A program made the translations under genes and the position numbers. The notes below the pieces were generated by a model. The model was not told the DNA's origin. It saw only the letters and a program-made list of their open reading frames with translations, and ran no database searches. 64,000 nt of DNA, from positions 154,702 to 218,701 of IMG/VR virus record IMGVR_UViG_3300011871_000002. One strand, 5' to 3'. Shown here in pieces: positions 10,029-18,415 of this stretch; the stretch's first letter is position 1, and the number at the start of each line of letters is the position of its first letter. The DNA is from a virus (Duplodnaviria; Caudoviricetes).

Positions 10029-10880
10029 ATGGAAGAAAAGAAAGTAGAAGAGCCTGACAAAGTACCGCTATTGTTGTTCTCTGGTGGACTGGACTCCAGT
10101 TACCAGCTCCAACGCTATCTGGAACAAGGTGATGTGGAGACGTTGTATGTCACCGGCAGCCAGCACCCAACCAAGACCGTAAAAGAGCGAGAAGTCAGGC
10201 AGCGCATTATCAAAGTGCTGGAAGAAAGAACCGGTAACAGGGTTCTAAAAGACCACCACGTCGAAGTAAAGGAACTGTTTTCCAGCTATCCACAATCTAC
10301 GTTTAAGCAGCCAATGATGTGGCTTAACGCAGCGTTGCATGTAGTGAACTCCAGAAAGCACAGCCATTTATCTATCGCCTATGTCGCGGGTGACCAGATA
10401 GCATGTAAGATTCCCTACCTTATCAATGCGTGGGATAACATGCAATACGTCTGTAAAGAAGAACATGTTCCTGTGCGCTTCCCGCTGGAAGTCACGACCA
10501 AACAGATGATTCTCAAGGAGATCTGGTCTGAAGTCATCCAACACGTCTGGGTCTGCGAAACGCCGAGAATGTGGAAAGATGGCCGGGAACTTTATTTATG
10601 GAACAGTGATTTCACTGCCCATCAGACTGACACCATAAAGGCGTGTGGTGACTGCCTGCCCTGCCTGACCATGGCTGGCCAGCTGCATATGTGGAAACTG
10701 CGGCACGGAAGACATTACAGCTTTCACTATCTGCACAAGCTTCAACATTCCCGTAACAACCAACGCGCCCGGCAATACGGCGCGAATAAAGAAGAAAGAA
10801 AAGACAACGATGAATATCAAGAGATTCAGCTCTCCCCTGAAAATATTTGTGACCCGTCTGTTGACACCTTATCCGGGTAA
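10029..10880 (+). CDS. QueC-like PP-loop ATPase
   Basis: LLFSGGLDS PP-loop and C..(CETP)..CGDCLPC zinc site. Confidence 0.75.
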   Translation: MEEKKVEEPDKVPLLLFSGGLDSSYQLQRYLEQGDVETLYVTGSQHPTKTVKEREVRQRIIKVLEERTGNRVLKDHHVEVKELFSSYPQSTFKQPMMWLNAALHVVNSRKHSHLSIAYVAGDQIACKIPYLINAWDNMQYVCKEEHVPVRFPLEVTTKQMILKEIWSEVIQHVWVCETPRMWKDGRELYLWNSDFTAHQTDTIKACGDCLPCLTMAGQLHMWKLRHGRHYSFHYLHKLQHSRNNQRARQYGANKEERKDNDEYQEIQLSPENICDPSVDTLSG

Positions 10881-10887
10881 AGAAGTG

Positions 10888-11130
10888 ATGCGCGAGCGCA
10901 GCGTCGCGACGGAACACGTCGGCAGTATCTGTACTCCGCAAAACATCGAAGAACGGCTCCTCACCCTACTGGCAGACGCCGCGGCATCAGGTCTGACGGT
11001 GGAAGTGGTCCAGCAGCCACTACACCCCCTGGCCATGGGCCACTACCGTGACCACATCGTCGTTCGTGAGTCGCGCGAAATGGTCAAGATGATCATGGAA
11101 CGCCCCAACCCTAAGAAGGAAGCAGCATGA
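10888..11130 (+). CDS. Hypothetical protein
   Basis: ORF between QueC-like gene and Tad1-like gene; start uncertain (10810 or 10888). Confidence 0.55.
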   Translation: MRERSVATEHVGSICTPQNIEERLLTLLADAAASGLTVEVVQQPLHPLAMGHYRDHIVVRESREMVKMIMERPNPKKEAA

Positions 11131-11528
11131 AAGCCACGCCAGCCAACCGCGAGATCAAGTACCACCACTACGGGGCGCATCCACCCGAAGTAACGGTTGA
11201 ATGTATCCAGCGCCCTGAGAAGATGGGGATGCGCGACTACTACGTCATCGGCTACCATGGTTTTCCGTACTACGGCAGCCAAGTACCAAAGTCGAACATC
11301 ATGGTGGAACTGGCGTTTCAAAAAGGTGCACCCCAGATTGCTGGCAACAACGGCATTACCAGGGAAGCACTGCTTGCCGTCGTCATCGATAGTCTCGAAG
11401 TATTGCAGGCTGGTCCCTACCCGTGCGAAGAAAACGCCAAAGCACTGGCCTGCCTCAAAGAAGGCATCGAGCACTTGCACGCTCGTTCGCGCCGGATGCA
11501 GCAAACCTTCATCGAACGGGACGTGTAG
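11127..11528 (+). CDS. tad1: Tad1-like anti-defence nucleotide-signal sponge
   Basis: FQKGA....NGIT.E.LL.VVID.L..LQAGPY.C.ENAKAL..L.E....L..R....IER.V matches the Tad1 pattern FQKG..GV...LL....DRL..FQ.GPF..RENA.AL...EEAL.W...R...R..R.V. Confidence 0.75.
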   Translation: MKATPANREIKYHHYGAHPPEVTVECIQRPEKMGMRDYYVIGYHGFPYYGSQVPKSNIMVELAFQKGAPQIAGNNGITREALLAVVIDSLEVLQAGPYPCEENAKALACLKEGIEHLHARSRRMQQTFIERDV

Positions 11529-11562
11529 GTAATTTTTTACTTGCATAATCAGTATGTTATGT

Positions 11563-12235
11563 TAGATACCAACTTTGGTGTCTGAAGTAAACTACCTGAT
11601 GACCCGTTAAAGCCGGGAGCCATCTTCTTGCAGGGCGTTGCCGTTCCTCCCTCCGGCGAATCGCTTAAACCTGCCCTCTTACCCAAAGAGGTGTATTGAG
11701 AAGACGGTGGGCTAAGACCCGCGAAACACTGGAGACTCCTGAAGATAATGGGAATGCTTCTGACGGCAACAGACCCCGTGGCTAACCCCCGCCGCGCTGC
11801 CGTGTTCGAGTGCTCCGTGTAGTAGTGACGCGTTACGGTACTCTATCCATAACCTCCCTAGGGTATGGAAACGCCTCGGGCTTCCAATCCGACAAAACCG
11901 TACGGCTAGATTTGCGGGTGGAACCGTCATGATAGCAAGTTGTACCGAGCGCCTATCCGCACGCCTCCCTTGGTCTGCGTCATGGTAGGGCAAGACACAC
12001 CTGACTCTTAACCGCAAGGAGGGAGAGGGTGGGATCGCGGACTGCGGTCGTTGTCTGTGTGCAGCCTGTAGCAATCTTCTCTCGTGGCTTGCCACTGCAC
12101 CTAGAACCCGCTGGGTGTGCATGAAACAGCAACTGGGATACTCTCGGGCGAGAGGGCTGTTGGATTGGACAGAAGATTCCTATGGAGTGCGCAGTAAGGC
12201 ATTAAGTGATCAGGTCAAGTTCTTCTGAGCTTGAT
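11563..12235 (+). ncRNA. Putative large structured non-coding RNA (~650 nt), family unassigned
   Basis: No credible ORF in ~760 bp; end-to-end helix 11594-11600/12209-12215 plus many local and long-range complementary segments; followed by a terminator. Confidence 0.65.
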
Positions 12236-12240
12236 TTTCG

Positions 12241-12267
12241 GACCACCCTTCGGGGTGGTCTTTTTTT
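12241..12267 (+). terminator. Intrinsic terminator
   Basis: gaccaccc-ttcg-gggtggtc followed by T7. Confidence 0.9.
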
Positions 12268-12293
12268 CCGACCATTAAAGAAACGAGAGCATT

Positions 12294-13379
12294 ATGTCAC
12301 TGAATTGGGATGAAGAAGCGCCGGCACAAACGGAACAAAGTACTGCACCGGCAGCTTCCGCGGGGCGGGTAAATGCAGAAGACAAGCGCATCATCAATGG
12401 CCAAACGGACGTCAACCAGCTGGTGCCGTTCAAGTACAAGTGGGCGTGGGACAAATACCTCGCCGGCTGCGCCAACCACTGGATGCCGCAAGAAGTGAAT
12501 ATGCAGCGTGACATCGAACTGTGGAAGAGCCCGAATGGCCTATCCGAAGACGAGCGCCGCATCGTCAAGCGCAACCTGGGTTTCTTCGTCACTGCCGACT
12601 CGCTGGCTGCCAACAACATCGTGCTCGGCACCTACCGCCATATCACCGCACCAGAATGCCGCCAGTACCTGCTGCGCCAGGCCTTCGAAGAGGCGATCCA
12701 CACACACGCCTACCAGTACATCGTCGAATCGCTGGGCCTGGACGAGCGTGAAATCTTCAACGCCTACAACGAGATTCCTTCGATCCACGACAAGGACCAG
12801 TTCCTGATCCCGTTCATCAACGTCCTGACCGATCCGGAATTCAAGACCGGCACCCTAGAAACTGACCAGCAGCTGCTGAAGTCGATCATCGTGTTCGCCT
12901 GCTTGATGGAAGGCCTGTTCTTCTATGTGGGCTTCACGCAAATCCTCGCCCTGGGTCGCCAAAACAAGATGACCGGTGCGGCTGAGCAGTACCAGTACAT
13001 CCTGCGTGACGAATCGATGCACGTGAACTTCGGCATCGACCTCATCAACACGATCAGGATGGAAAACCCGCAGCTGTGGACGCCAGCGTTCAAAGCCGAA
13101 CTGAAGGTACTGTTCCTGCAAGCGGTGGAACTGGAATACCGTTACGCCGAAGACACCATGCCGCGTGGTGTGTTGGGCCTGAACGCAACGATGTTCCAAG
13201 CGTACCTGCGCTTCATCGCCAATCGTCGGGCGGTGCAGATCGGTCTCGAACCCCTCTTCCCTGGAGAAGAAAACCCCTTCCCCTGGATGGCCGAGATGAT
13301 CGACCTGAAGAAAGAGCGCAACTTCTTCGAAACGCGCGTGACCGAATACCAGACGGGCGGTGCCCTGAGCTGGGACTAA
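12294..13379 (+). CDS. nrdB: Class Ia ribonucleotide reductase beta subunit
   Basis: [30 protein letters not shown] di-iron ligands, [11 protein letters not shown]. Confidence 0.97.
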   Translation: MSLNWDEEAPAQTEQSTAPAASAGRVNAEDKRIINGQTDVNQLVPFKYKWAWDKYLAGCANHWMPQEVNMQRDIELWKSPNGLSEDERRIVKRNLGFFVTADSLAANNIVLGTYRHITAPECRQYLLRQAFEEAIHTHAYQYIVESLGLDEREIFNAYNEIPSIHDKDQFLIPFINVLTDPEFKTGTLETDQQLLKSIIVFACLMEGLFFYVGFTQILALGRQNKMTGAAEQYQYILRDESMHVNFGIDLINTIRMENPQLWTPAFKAELKVLFLQAVELEYRYAEDTMPRGVLGLNATMFQAYLRFIANRRAVQIGLEPLFPGEENPFPWMAEMIDLKKERNFFETRVTEYQTGGALSWD

Positions 13380-13392
13380 GAAAGGATGAAGC

Positions 13393-13770
13393 ATGAACAA
13401 CTTACGTATTGCTCTGCTCGAACACAAAGAGCAAAACGGCGGCTGGTACGGTTTTGATCTGGACGGTACCTTAGCCAAGTACATCTCTGGCGACGGCGTC
13501 GAGGGTATTGGCGAACCGGTGCAAGCGATGGTGGATTTGGCCAAGGAACTCATCGCTGAAGGCAAAGAAGTCCGTATCCTGACTGCTCGCATTGGTGGAC
13601 GCTGCTCGCCGGAAGTACGTGACTACCAAGTGAAGATGATCGGCGACTGGACGGAAGAACACATTGGCCAGCGACTGGCTGTCACGTGCGAGAAAGACCC
13701 CGGCATGATCGCGCTGTACGACGATCGTGCTATCCAAGTCGTCGCCAATACTGGCGAACTGGTGGAATAA
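13393..13770 (+). CDS. HAD-superfamily phosphatase-like protein
   Basis: FDLDGTLA motif I, ILTAR motif II, YDDRA motif IV. Confidence 0.75.
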   Translation: MNNLRIALLEHKEQNGGWYGFDLDGTLAKYISGDGVEGIGEPVQAMVDLAKELIAEGKEVRILTARIGGRCSPEVRDYQVKMIGDWTEEHIGQRLAVTCEKDPGMIALYDDRAIQVVANTGELVE

Positions 13771-13855
13771 GTGGAGAGGGGCTGCGTGCCCCTCTTTATG
13801 CTGCAATCTGAAAATACCAACCCTAATTATCTAGTAGTCCAACAAGGAGAAAATC

Positions 13856-14137
13856 ATGGCAATTGACAAAAAGGTACAATTCAAAGAAATCCAATCCTGC
13901 ATGCGTCAGGCGAACAATATCGTCGATGGTGAAGAAATCCACACCATCGACATACAGACGCTGCGTAACGCAGCGGTTCAAGCGCAACAGGGTGCGAACG
14001 CCATCTACAAACTGATTGGTCAACTCGATGGTGAACGCGAAGTCAAGAGGGCAAAGGTGGAGATTCCGGCACCCGTTGATGGCAGGGCTTCGACCTTAAG
14101 CCTCACTCTTCCTAAAGATACGTACCTTAAGGGTTAG
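13856..14137 (+). CDS. Hypothetical protein
   Basis: AGGAG RBS. Confidence 0.65.
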   Translation: MAIDKKVQFKEIQSCMRQANNIVDGEEIHTIDIQTLRNAAVQAQQGANAIYKLIGQLDGEREVKRAKVEIPAPVDGRASTLSLTLPKDTYLKG

Positions 14138-14145
14138 GATACTAC

Positions 14146-14580
14146 ATGAACTGGCCTACCATTGTAGTGCTCGATACGGAACGTATCATGAAGGCGTTTC
14201 GTGAGCATGCCATGAACACTGGTAAGCCGCACGATTTGCCGGACGACATCGCCAATGAGGTGGTTATTGCAATCAAGCAGCGCGACCGTGCACACTTGAG
14301 ACTGGATGACTTGGTGCTCAGTATGCTCATCAAGGATTTCCACTACCCCTACGGTGACTTCATTGACTCGACCGTGGCTTCCTTTACGGAAGAACTCGGT
14401 CGAGCGGTGATCCAACAACTACTCAAGCATAGACTCTATAACCGACACGGATACTTGCCGTATCGGCATAAAACACCGCGTGATCCGCGGTTCAATTGCT
14501 TGATTTTGAAAAGGATTGACGATGGCCCCACCAATCCCCGCGTTACATGGAACCAAACCACCTCGCATCGTGGTTTTTGA
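14146..14580 (+). CDS. Paralogue family A protein (P.IVVLD N-terminus)
   Basis: Shares N-terminal P-x-IV-V/I-L-D and C-terminal LG..L..LY..GY.PY..L.L.R pattern with 5 other ORFs. Confidence 0.7.
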   Translation: MNWPTIVVLDTERIMKAFREHAMNTGKPHDLPDDIANEVVIAIKQRDRAHLRLDDLVLSMLIKDFHYPYGDFIDSTVASFTEELGRAVIQQLLKHRLYNRHGYLPYRHKTPRDPRFNCLILKRIDDGPTNPRVTWNQTTSHRGF

Positions 14581-14938
14581 GTTCAAGGATACCATGCGTA
14601 GTTACGAAGGTTATGTAGAGCGCATGTGTCAAGCCGAGATCGATCTGGAAGCTCTCTTTAATGACGTACTCAATGCGGTGCGCTTTAAGTACACGGCAGA
14701 CGGTGAACTCGTGAATCTCGCCAGTGCGTTTGTGGCAGGTAACCAGCACTGGCTGGGTGATGAAACAGAGTTGCTTGAGCAGGCGATCTTTGCGCTCGGC
14801 AATGGTGTTTATCAAAAGCTGGAAAGTAACGGCTTTTATGATAAGGACGGCATCCACCATTACCAGTTACACGGCCTTACGATGCAGAACAGTTTGGTGC
14901 TTGAACTAAGTGACCAGTCGCAGTTCGTGGCGTTTTAG
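14522..14938 (+). CDS. Paralogue family A protein
   Basis: PRIVVFEF...ALGNGVYQKLESNGFY...Y......LVLEL. Confidence 0.7.
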   Translation: MAPPIPALHGTKPPRIVVFEFKDTMRSYEGYVERMCQAEIDLEALFNDVLNAVRFKYTADGELVNLASAFVAGNQHWLGDETELLEQAIFALGNGVYQKLESNGFYDKDGIHHYQLHGLTMQNSLVLELSDQSQFVAF

Positions 14939-15005
14939 AAAAAAGTGGGCAGTAGTCCACTTTTTTCTTTTATTCCGAACCAGCAATGTTAGAAAAAATT
15001 GCGAT

Positions 15006-15015
15006 CACATATCAT
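15006..15015 (+). promoter_or_regulatory. Putative early promoter (CACATATCAT)
   Basis: Repeated intergenic motif preceded by A-tract. Confidence 0.6.
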
Positions 15016-15072
15016 CCGATGGAACACTCCTAAGTGTTTTTGTGACAATGAACTTTAAGAAAAGGAACCATC

Positions 15073-15414
15073 ATGAAAAAAGGTATTGCAGTGGTACTGG
15101 ATTTGACGCGCCGCATTCAAGATGCGATTGTGGCTGCACACATCGCCGAGGACGGTTTGCTCGGCTTGATGCTGGAAATCGACGTCAATGATCACGGCCA
15201 CAATACACCGGCAGTGGTGCTCGTGCTCAAAGGTAGTCCGCGCAAAGTAGCGTTCATGGACAGCCACAACACCCGCATGGACTCGGCGCGGTCTTCGTTT
15301 CTGGTCAAGTTTAAGAAGTCGCCGGAAGAAGCAGAGTCGGAATACTTCCTGCCTTCCGACAAGAGTATTCGAGAGATGTGCAAGAAAGTGTACAACTTTT
15401 TCAAAGAAGCGTAA
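15073..15414 (+). CDS. Hypothetical protein
   Basis: AAGGA RBS; first gene after promoter motif. Confidence 0.65.
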   Translation: MKKGIAVVLDLTRRIQDAIVAAHIAEDGLLGLMLEIDVNDHGHNTPAVVLVLKGSPRKVAFMDSHNTRMDSARSSFLVKFKKSPEEAESEYFLPSDKSIREMCKKVYNFFKEA

Positions 15415-15446
15415 GCTCTACCAAAACTAGGGATACAAAAAAGAAA

Positions 15447-15707
15447 ATGAACAAGAATAGCTTTGATGTCACACTGACCGTGGTGGTCAATGCGAAGGTT
15501 ACCGGCCAAGTTATTGAAGGGCCATTTAACGTACGGTACGACGTGCATCCAGAACCGTTCAACTGCAACGACCACCTGATCCGGGAAGTGCGGATTCGCC
15601 AGATGGCCGAGATATACATGCTGCATCACTTGGTCAAGATCATGCGCCAACCGAAGTACGGTAACGTTGACTGGACCTACGAGATCACGGAGTTTTCCTA
15701 CATCTAA
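15447..15707 (+). CDS. Hypothetical protein
   Basis: ATG at 15447 in frame with ORF 15378-15707. Confidence 0.55.
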   Translation: MNKNSFDVTLTVVVNAKVTGQVIEGPFNVRYDVHPEPFNCNDHLIREVRIRQMAEIYMLHHLVKIMRQPKYGNVDWTYEITEFSYI

Positions 15708-15793
15708 GGCAGTATCCGATACTTGCGACAAAAAGGAGGCAATATTGTGACAGACCTCCTGTCGCACTTTTTTCCTGAAAGAGGGGCTCTTCT

Positions 15794-16114
15794 ATGTACA
15801 CCGCAATCGCACCAGCAGCACCGGCCGTTCTGCAAGAGGCCAGCACGTTCCGCATCAAACTGGAAGTGGGTATCAAGAATTCCGAAAACGGCGTCATCTT
15901 GCTTTCGGGAGAAAAGTTCGAAACAGAAATCAAGTTGCCCAAGAGCTACGGCAGCTACCAGTCGCGCGTCATCCACTGCGAGAACATCGCACTGGGCAAA
16001 TACGCAGAGAAGCTGGAGAAAGACCTCGAAACCAATCGCACCCTCAAGCGTCGCTTGGCCAATGTCGACTGGACCATCTATAGCAAGACCAAGTCGGTCG
16101 TCGAATTGACGTAA
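15794..16114 (+). CDS. Hypothetical protein
   Basis: GAGGGG RBS. Confidence 0.65.
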   Translation: MYTAIAPAAPAVLQEASTFRIKLEVGIKNSENGVILLSGEKFETEIKLPKSYGSYQSRVIHCENIALGKYAEKLEKDLETNRTLKRRLANVDWTIYSKTKSVVELT

Positions 16115-16138
16115 CTAAACAAAAGGATCAGACAAGAA

Positions 16139-16654
16139 ATGTTCAAGAAGAAAATCGATAGCGCACTGCTCAAGAGCAATCCCATTGCAGCGCTCTTTGC
16201 CCCCAAAGCCACGGTCGTTAGTATGGAGGACTACACTGGAAAATCCAAAGAAAGGGTGGCGTGGGAAAAAGAGATGAAGGTGTACACCGAGTCTTTTTCG
16301 TCGGCGCGCAAACTGACGTTGAAACGCGGCAACGACCTGGACTGGCAGCGGGTCCAGTTTCGTCTGTATGTCGGCGAACAGCTGATCCACGTGTTCGCGC
16401 GTAAATTTGACGACTTCCCTACGGAAGGACTCTTGATCGTGTCGGACGACGCGATCGAAGCGCTGAACAATTCGGCAGCCCGTGTACGCGCCGGCGGGAG
16501 TCTGTACTTCTCGCCGTACGAAGAAATGCACATCATGGAAGCGCTGCGCAATGCGGAAGAACTGTGCCGTCACCTGGATGAGATGGACAATGCGCAGCTG
16601 ATGCGCATCTATCAGCACGTCGAGAAAATGATGAACGACGCACGCGGTCGATAA
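16139..16654 (+). CDS. Hypothetical protein
   Basis: ORF followed by terminator hairpin. Confidence 0.65.
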   Translation: MFKKKIDSALLKSNPIAALFAPKATVVSMEDYTGKSKERVAWEKEMKVYTESFSSARKLTLKRGNDLDWQRVQFRLYVGEQLIHVFARKFDDFPTEGLLIVSDDAIEALNNSAARVRAGGSLYFSPYEEMHIMEALRNAEELCRHLDEMDNAQLMRIYQHVEKMMNDARGR

Positions 16655-16782
16655 ACAAGACGGGAGGCTTCGTCCTCCCGCTTTATGCCGGATTGTCAAA
16701 GTTTATTGAGACGATATTCGTATTGAGTAAAGCAATTTAAAGAGGAGAAGAACATGAAACTTGCACAACTGGATGAATACAA

Positions 16783-17331
16783 ATGACCATCGTCTACGGC
16801 ATTATCGGTACCGCTGGACGAGACAAGAGCAAACCCATGTCGCTCGACTTGTATAAGTGGATGCTCTTTCACATGTACAACAACACCAGGCCAGGCTCCC
16901 GCGCCAAAAGTGGCGGCGCAGCTTGGGCCGATCACCTAGCGATCTCGGGTTTTTTGTTTGGTCATTTTGCAGAACTGACCCTACATTTGCCGGCGCCATT
17001 TGAACATGGCCGCTTTGTTGAAAGTGGTTACAAGAGTGCTGGCGGCACGGCAAACTATTATCACCGGCTCTTTAGTCAGATCATCGAGCGCGATACTTTG
17101 GGTCAAATCCAAGAAGCCTTAAGTCGCCCCAATTGCCATGCGACGTTCGAACCCGCCTCACCAGGTTTGGGCGGCATGTTCGCCAGGAACAGCAAGGTTG
17201 CGGTAGTGGACGAAATGTACGCCTACACGTTTGGCCAAGGTTTGGAGCCAGACGACAGTGGTACTAAAAACACATGGGATAAATGCTTGGGGAAAAAGAC
17301 CCATGTGAATCTTCCGCTGCTCTATCCATAA
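16783..17331 (+). CDS. SLOG-superfamily (DprA/YspA-like) nucleotide-binding protein
   Basis: IIGTAGR, SGGAAWADH, FARNSKVA, SGTKNTW motifs. Confidence 0.55.
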   Translation: MTIVYGIIGTAGRDKSKPMSLDLYKWMLFHMYNNTRPGSRAKSGGAAWADHLAISGFLFGHFAELTLHLPAPFEHGRFVESGYKSAGGTANYYHRLFSQIIERDTLGQIQEALSRPNCHATFEPASPGLGGMFARNSKVAVVDEMYAYTFGQGLEPDDSGTKNTWDKCLGKKTHVNLPLLYP

Positions 17332-17350
17332 AGAAAAGGAAAGAAACATC

Positions 17351-17515
17351 ATGAATACTGAAAATCAATTTGTCGAATGTCTCGTAAGCAGTGCGCCCGA
17401 TACTGTTCGTAGTGATGCACTGTGCGAGGGTGGTTACGAGCGACACGTTCAGCAGCAGTTCGATCGCGCCGCACTGGCCGATCTGACTGGCCTCAGTATT
17501 CCCACAACAAACTAG
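17351..17515 (+). CDS. Small hypothetical protein (54 aa; not in ORF track)
   Basis: AAGGA RBS, ATG..TAG fills gap between genes. Confidence 0.45.
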   Translation: MNTENQFVECLVSSAPDTVRSDALCEGGYERHVQQQFDRAALADLTGLSIPTTN

Positions 17516-17524
17516 GAGACTGTC

Positions 17525-17989
17525 GTGTCTACCGATAATCAAAAATCCAAGGAATACACGTTTGCGCTCAGCAATCCTCCGGGGGTTCCTGGAATAAATG
17601 GCGTCATCTTTTCCCAAGAAGCGCTGGAAAAGGTAGTGGAGGTGTTCAAAAAACGATTACAACAAGGGCGCTATATCGTTGGCGAATACGACAGGCCCAG
17701 GAGCGCAGACCTTCCTGAGCGAATGCTGTTAAGTCGCGTCTTGACCATTGATGAATCTCGCTCTGCTTTGTGTGTCAAAAATGTGCAAATGACAGATCAG
17801 GGCATCGTTGGTGTCGTCTCACCTTTTGGTATGTTTGGCGACTCTGTACAAAAATCCATCGACAGTGGCGAAGTCGACCGCGGTGAAGTCGGTTTTCGTA
17901 TTCGCACGTTAGCCACCGCCGATAATGTCGTGGATGGCGTTGTCACAGACTGTATCCCGGTCACGGTCGATTTTATCAAACTGAAGTAA
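17525..17989 (+). CDS. Prohead-protease-like protein (S80/gp21-gp175 fold), catalytic residues apparently lost
   Basis: NG.IF...., GEYDRP in place of GE.xHP, R...IDE, G.V.P.G..G, FRIRT in place of FSIRS. Confidence 0.55.
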   Translation: MSTDNQKSKEYTFALSNPPGVPGINGVIFSQEALEKVVEVFKKRLQQGRYIVGEYDRPRSADLPERMLLSRVLTIDESRSALCVKNVQMTDQGIVGVVSPFGMFGDSVQKSIDSGEVDRGEVGFRIRTLATADNVVDGVVTDCIPVTVDFIKLK

Positions 17990-18000
17990 AAGGTGGCACT

Positions 18001-18387
18001 ATGCTCAAAGCACTAGCAGGAAATAAAGTGTTTCTCGGCTTGGAAAAGATGAATGTCGAGAAACTGAAAGAAGGTCTGCCGATGCTGGTTCGGCTCAAAG
18101 AGTTGGGTCTGCCAAATATCAAGATCGCGATCGCTTTCGATAAAAAGCAATTCTCGGTACACCTGCCGACTGCCAGCGATTCACTGGTGGTGGTGAAGTT
18201 CGACAATGGGGCGATCAGAAAACTTCGCAATGGTCAAGACATCATGGTACATATGAGGATCGTCAATAGCGAATACATCGTCACCTTCCTTTATGGCGAC
18301 ACTAAAGAAATCATCGCGTCAGACATCGAAAAGAAATACGGACTGAAGATGCCTGTCATCGATCCCATCAACACCCAACCCATGTAA
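18001..18387 (+). CDS. Hypothetical protein
   Basis: AGGTGG RBS, tandem gene run. Confidence 0.6.
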   Translation: MLKALAGNKVFLGLEKMNVEKLKEGLPMLVRLKELGLPNIKIAIAFDKKQFSVHLPTASDSLVVVKFDNGAIRKLRNGQDIMVHMRIVNSEYIVTFLYGDTKEIIASDIEKKYGLKMPVIDPINTQPM

Positions 18388-18415
18388 CTACAACAAACAC
18401 GAGGAGTAACAAATT

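Noticed and set aside
11712-12122. 136-aa minus-strand ORF in the putative ncRNA region
   Set aside because: Arg/Pro/Ala-rich with atypical composition, no RBS, and opposite to the flanking terminator orientation
11563-12235. Assignment of the structured region as group I/II intron, RNase P RNA, tmRNA or tRNA cluster
   Set aside because: No P/Q/R/S core, domain V, GAGGAAAGUCC, tRNA-like ends or cloverleafs seen; flanking genes are not split
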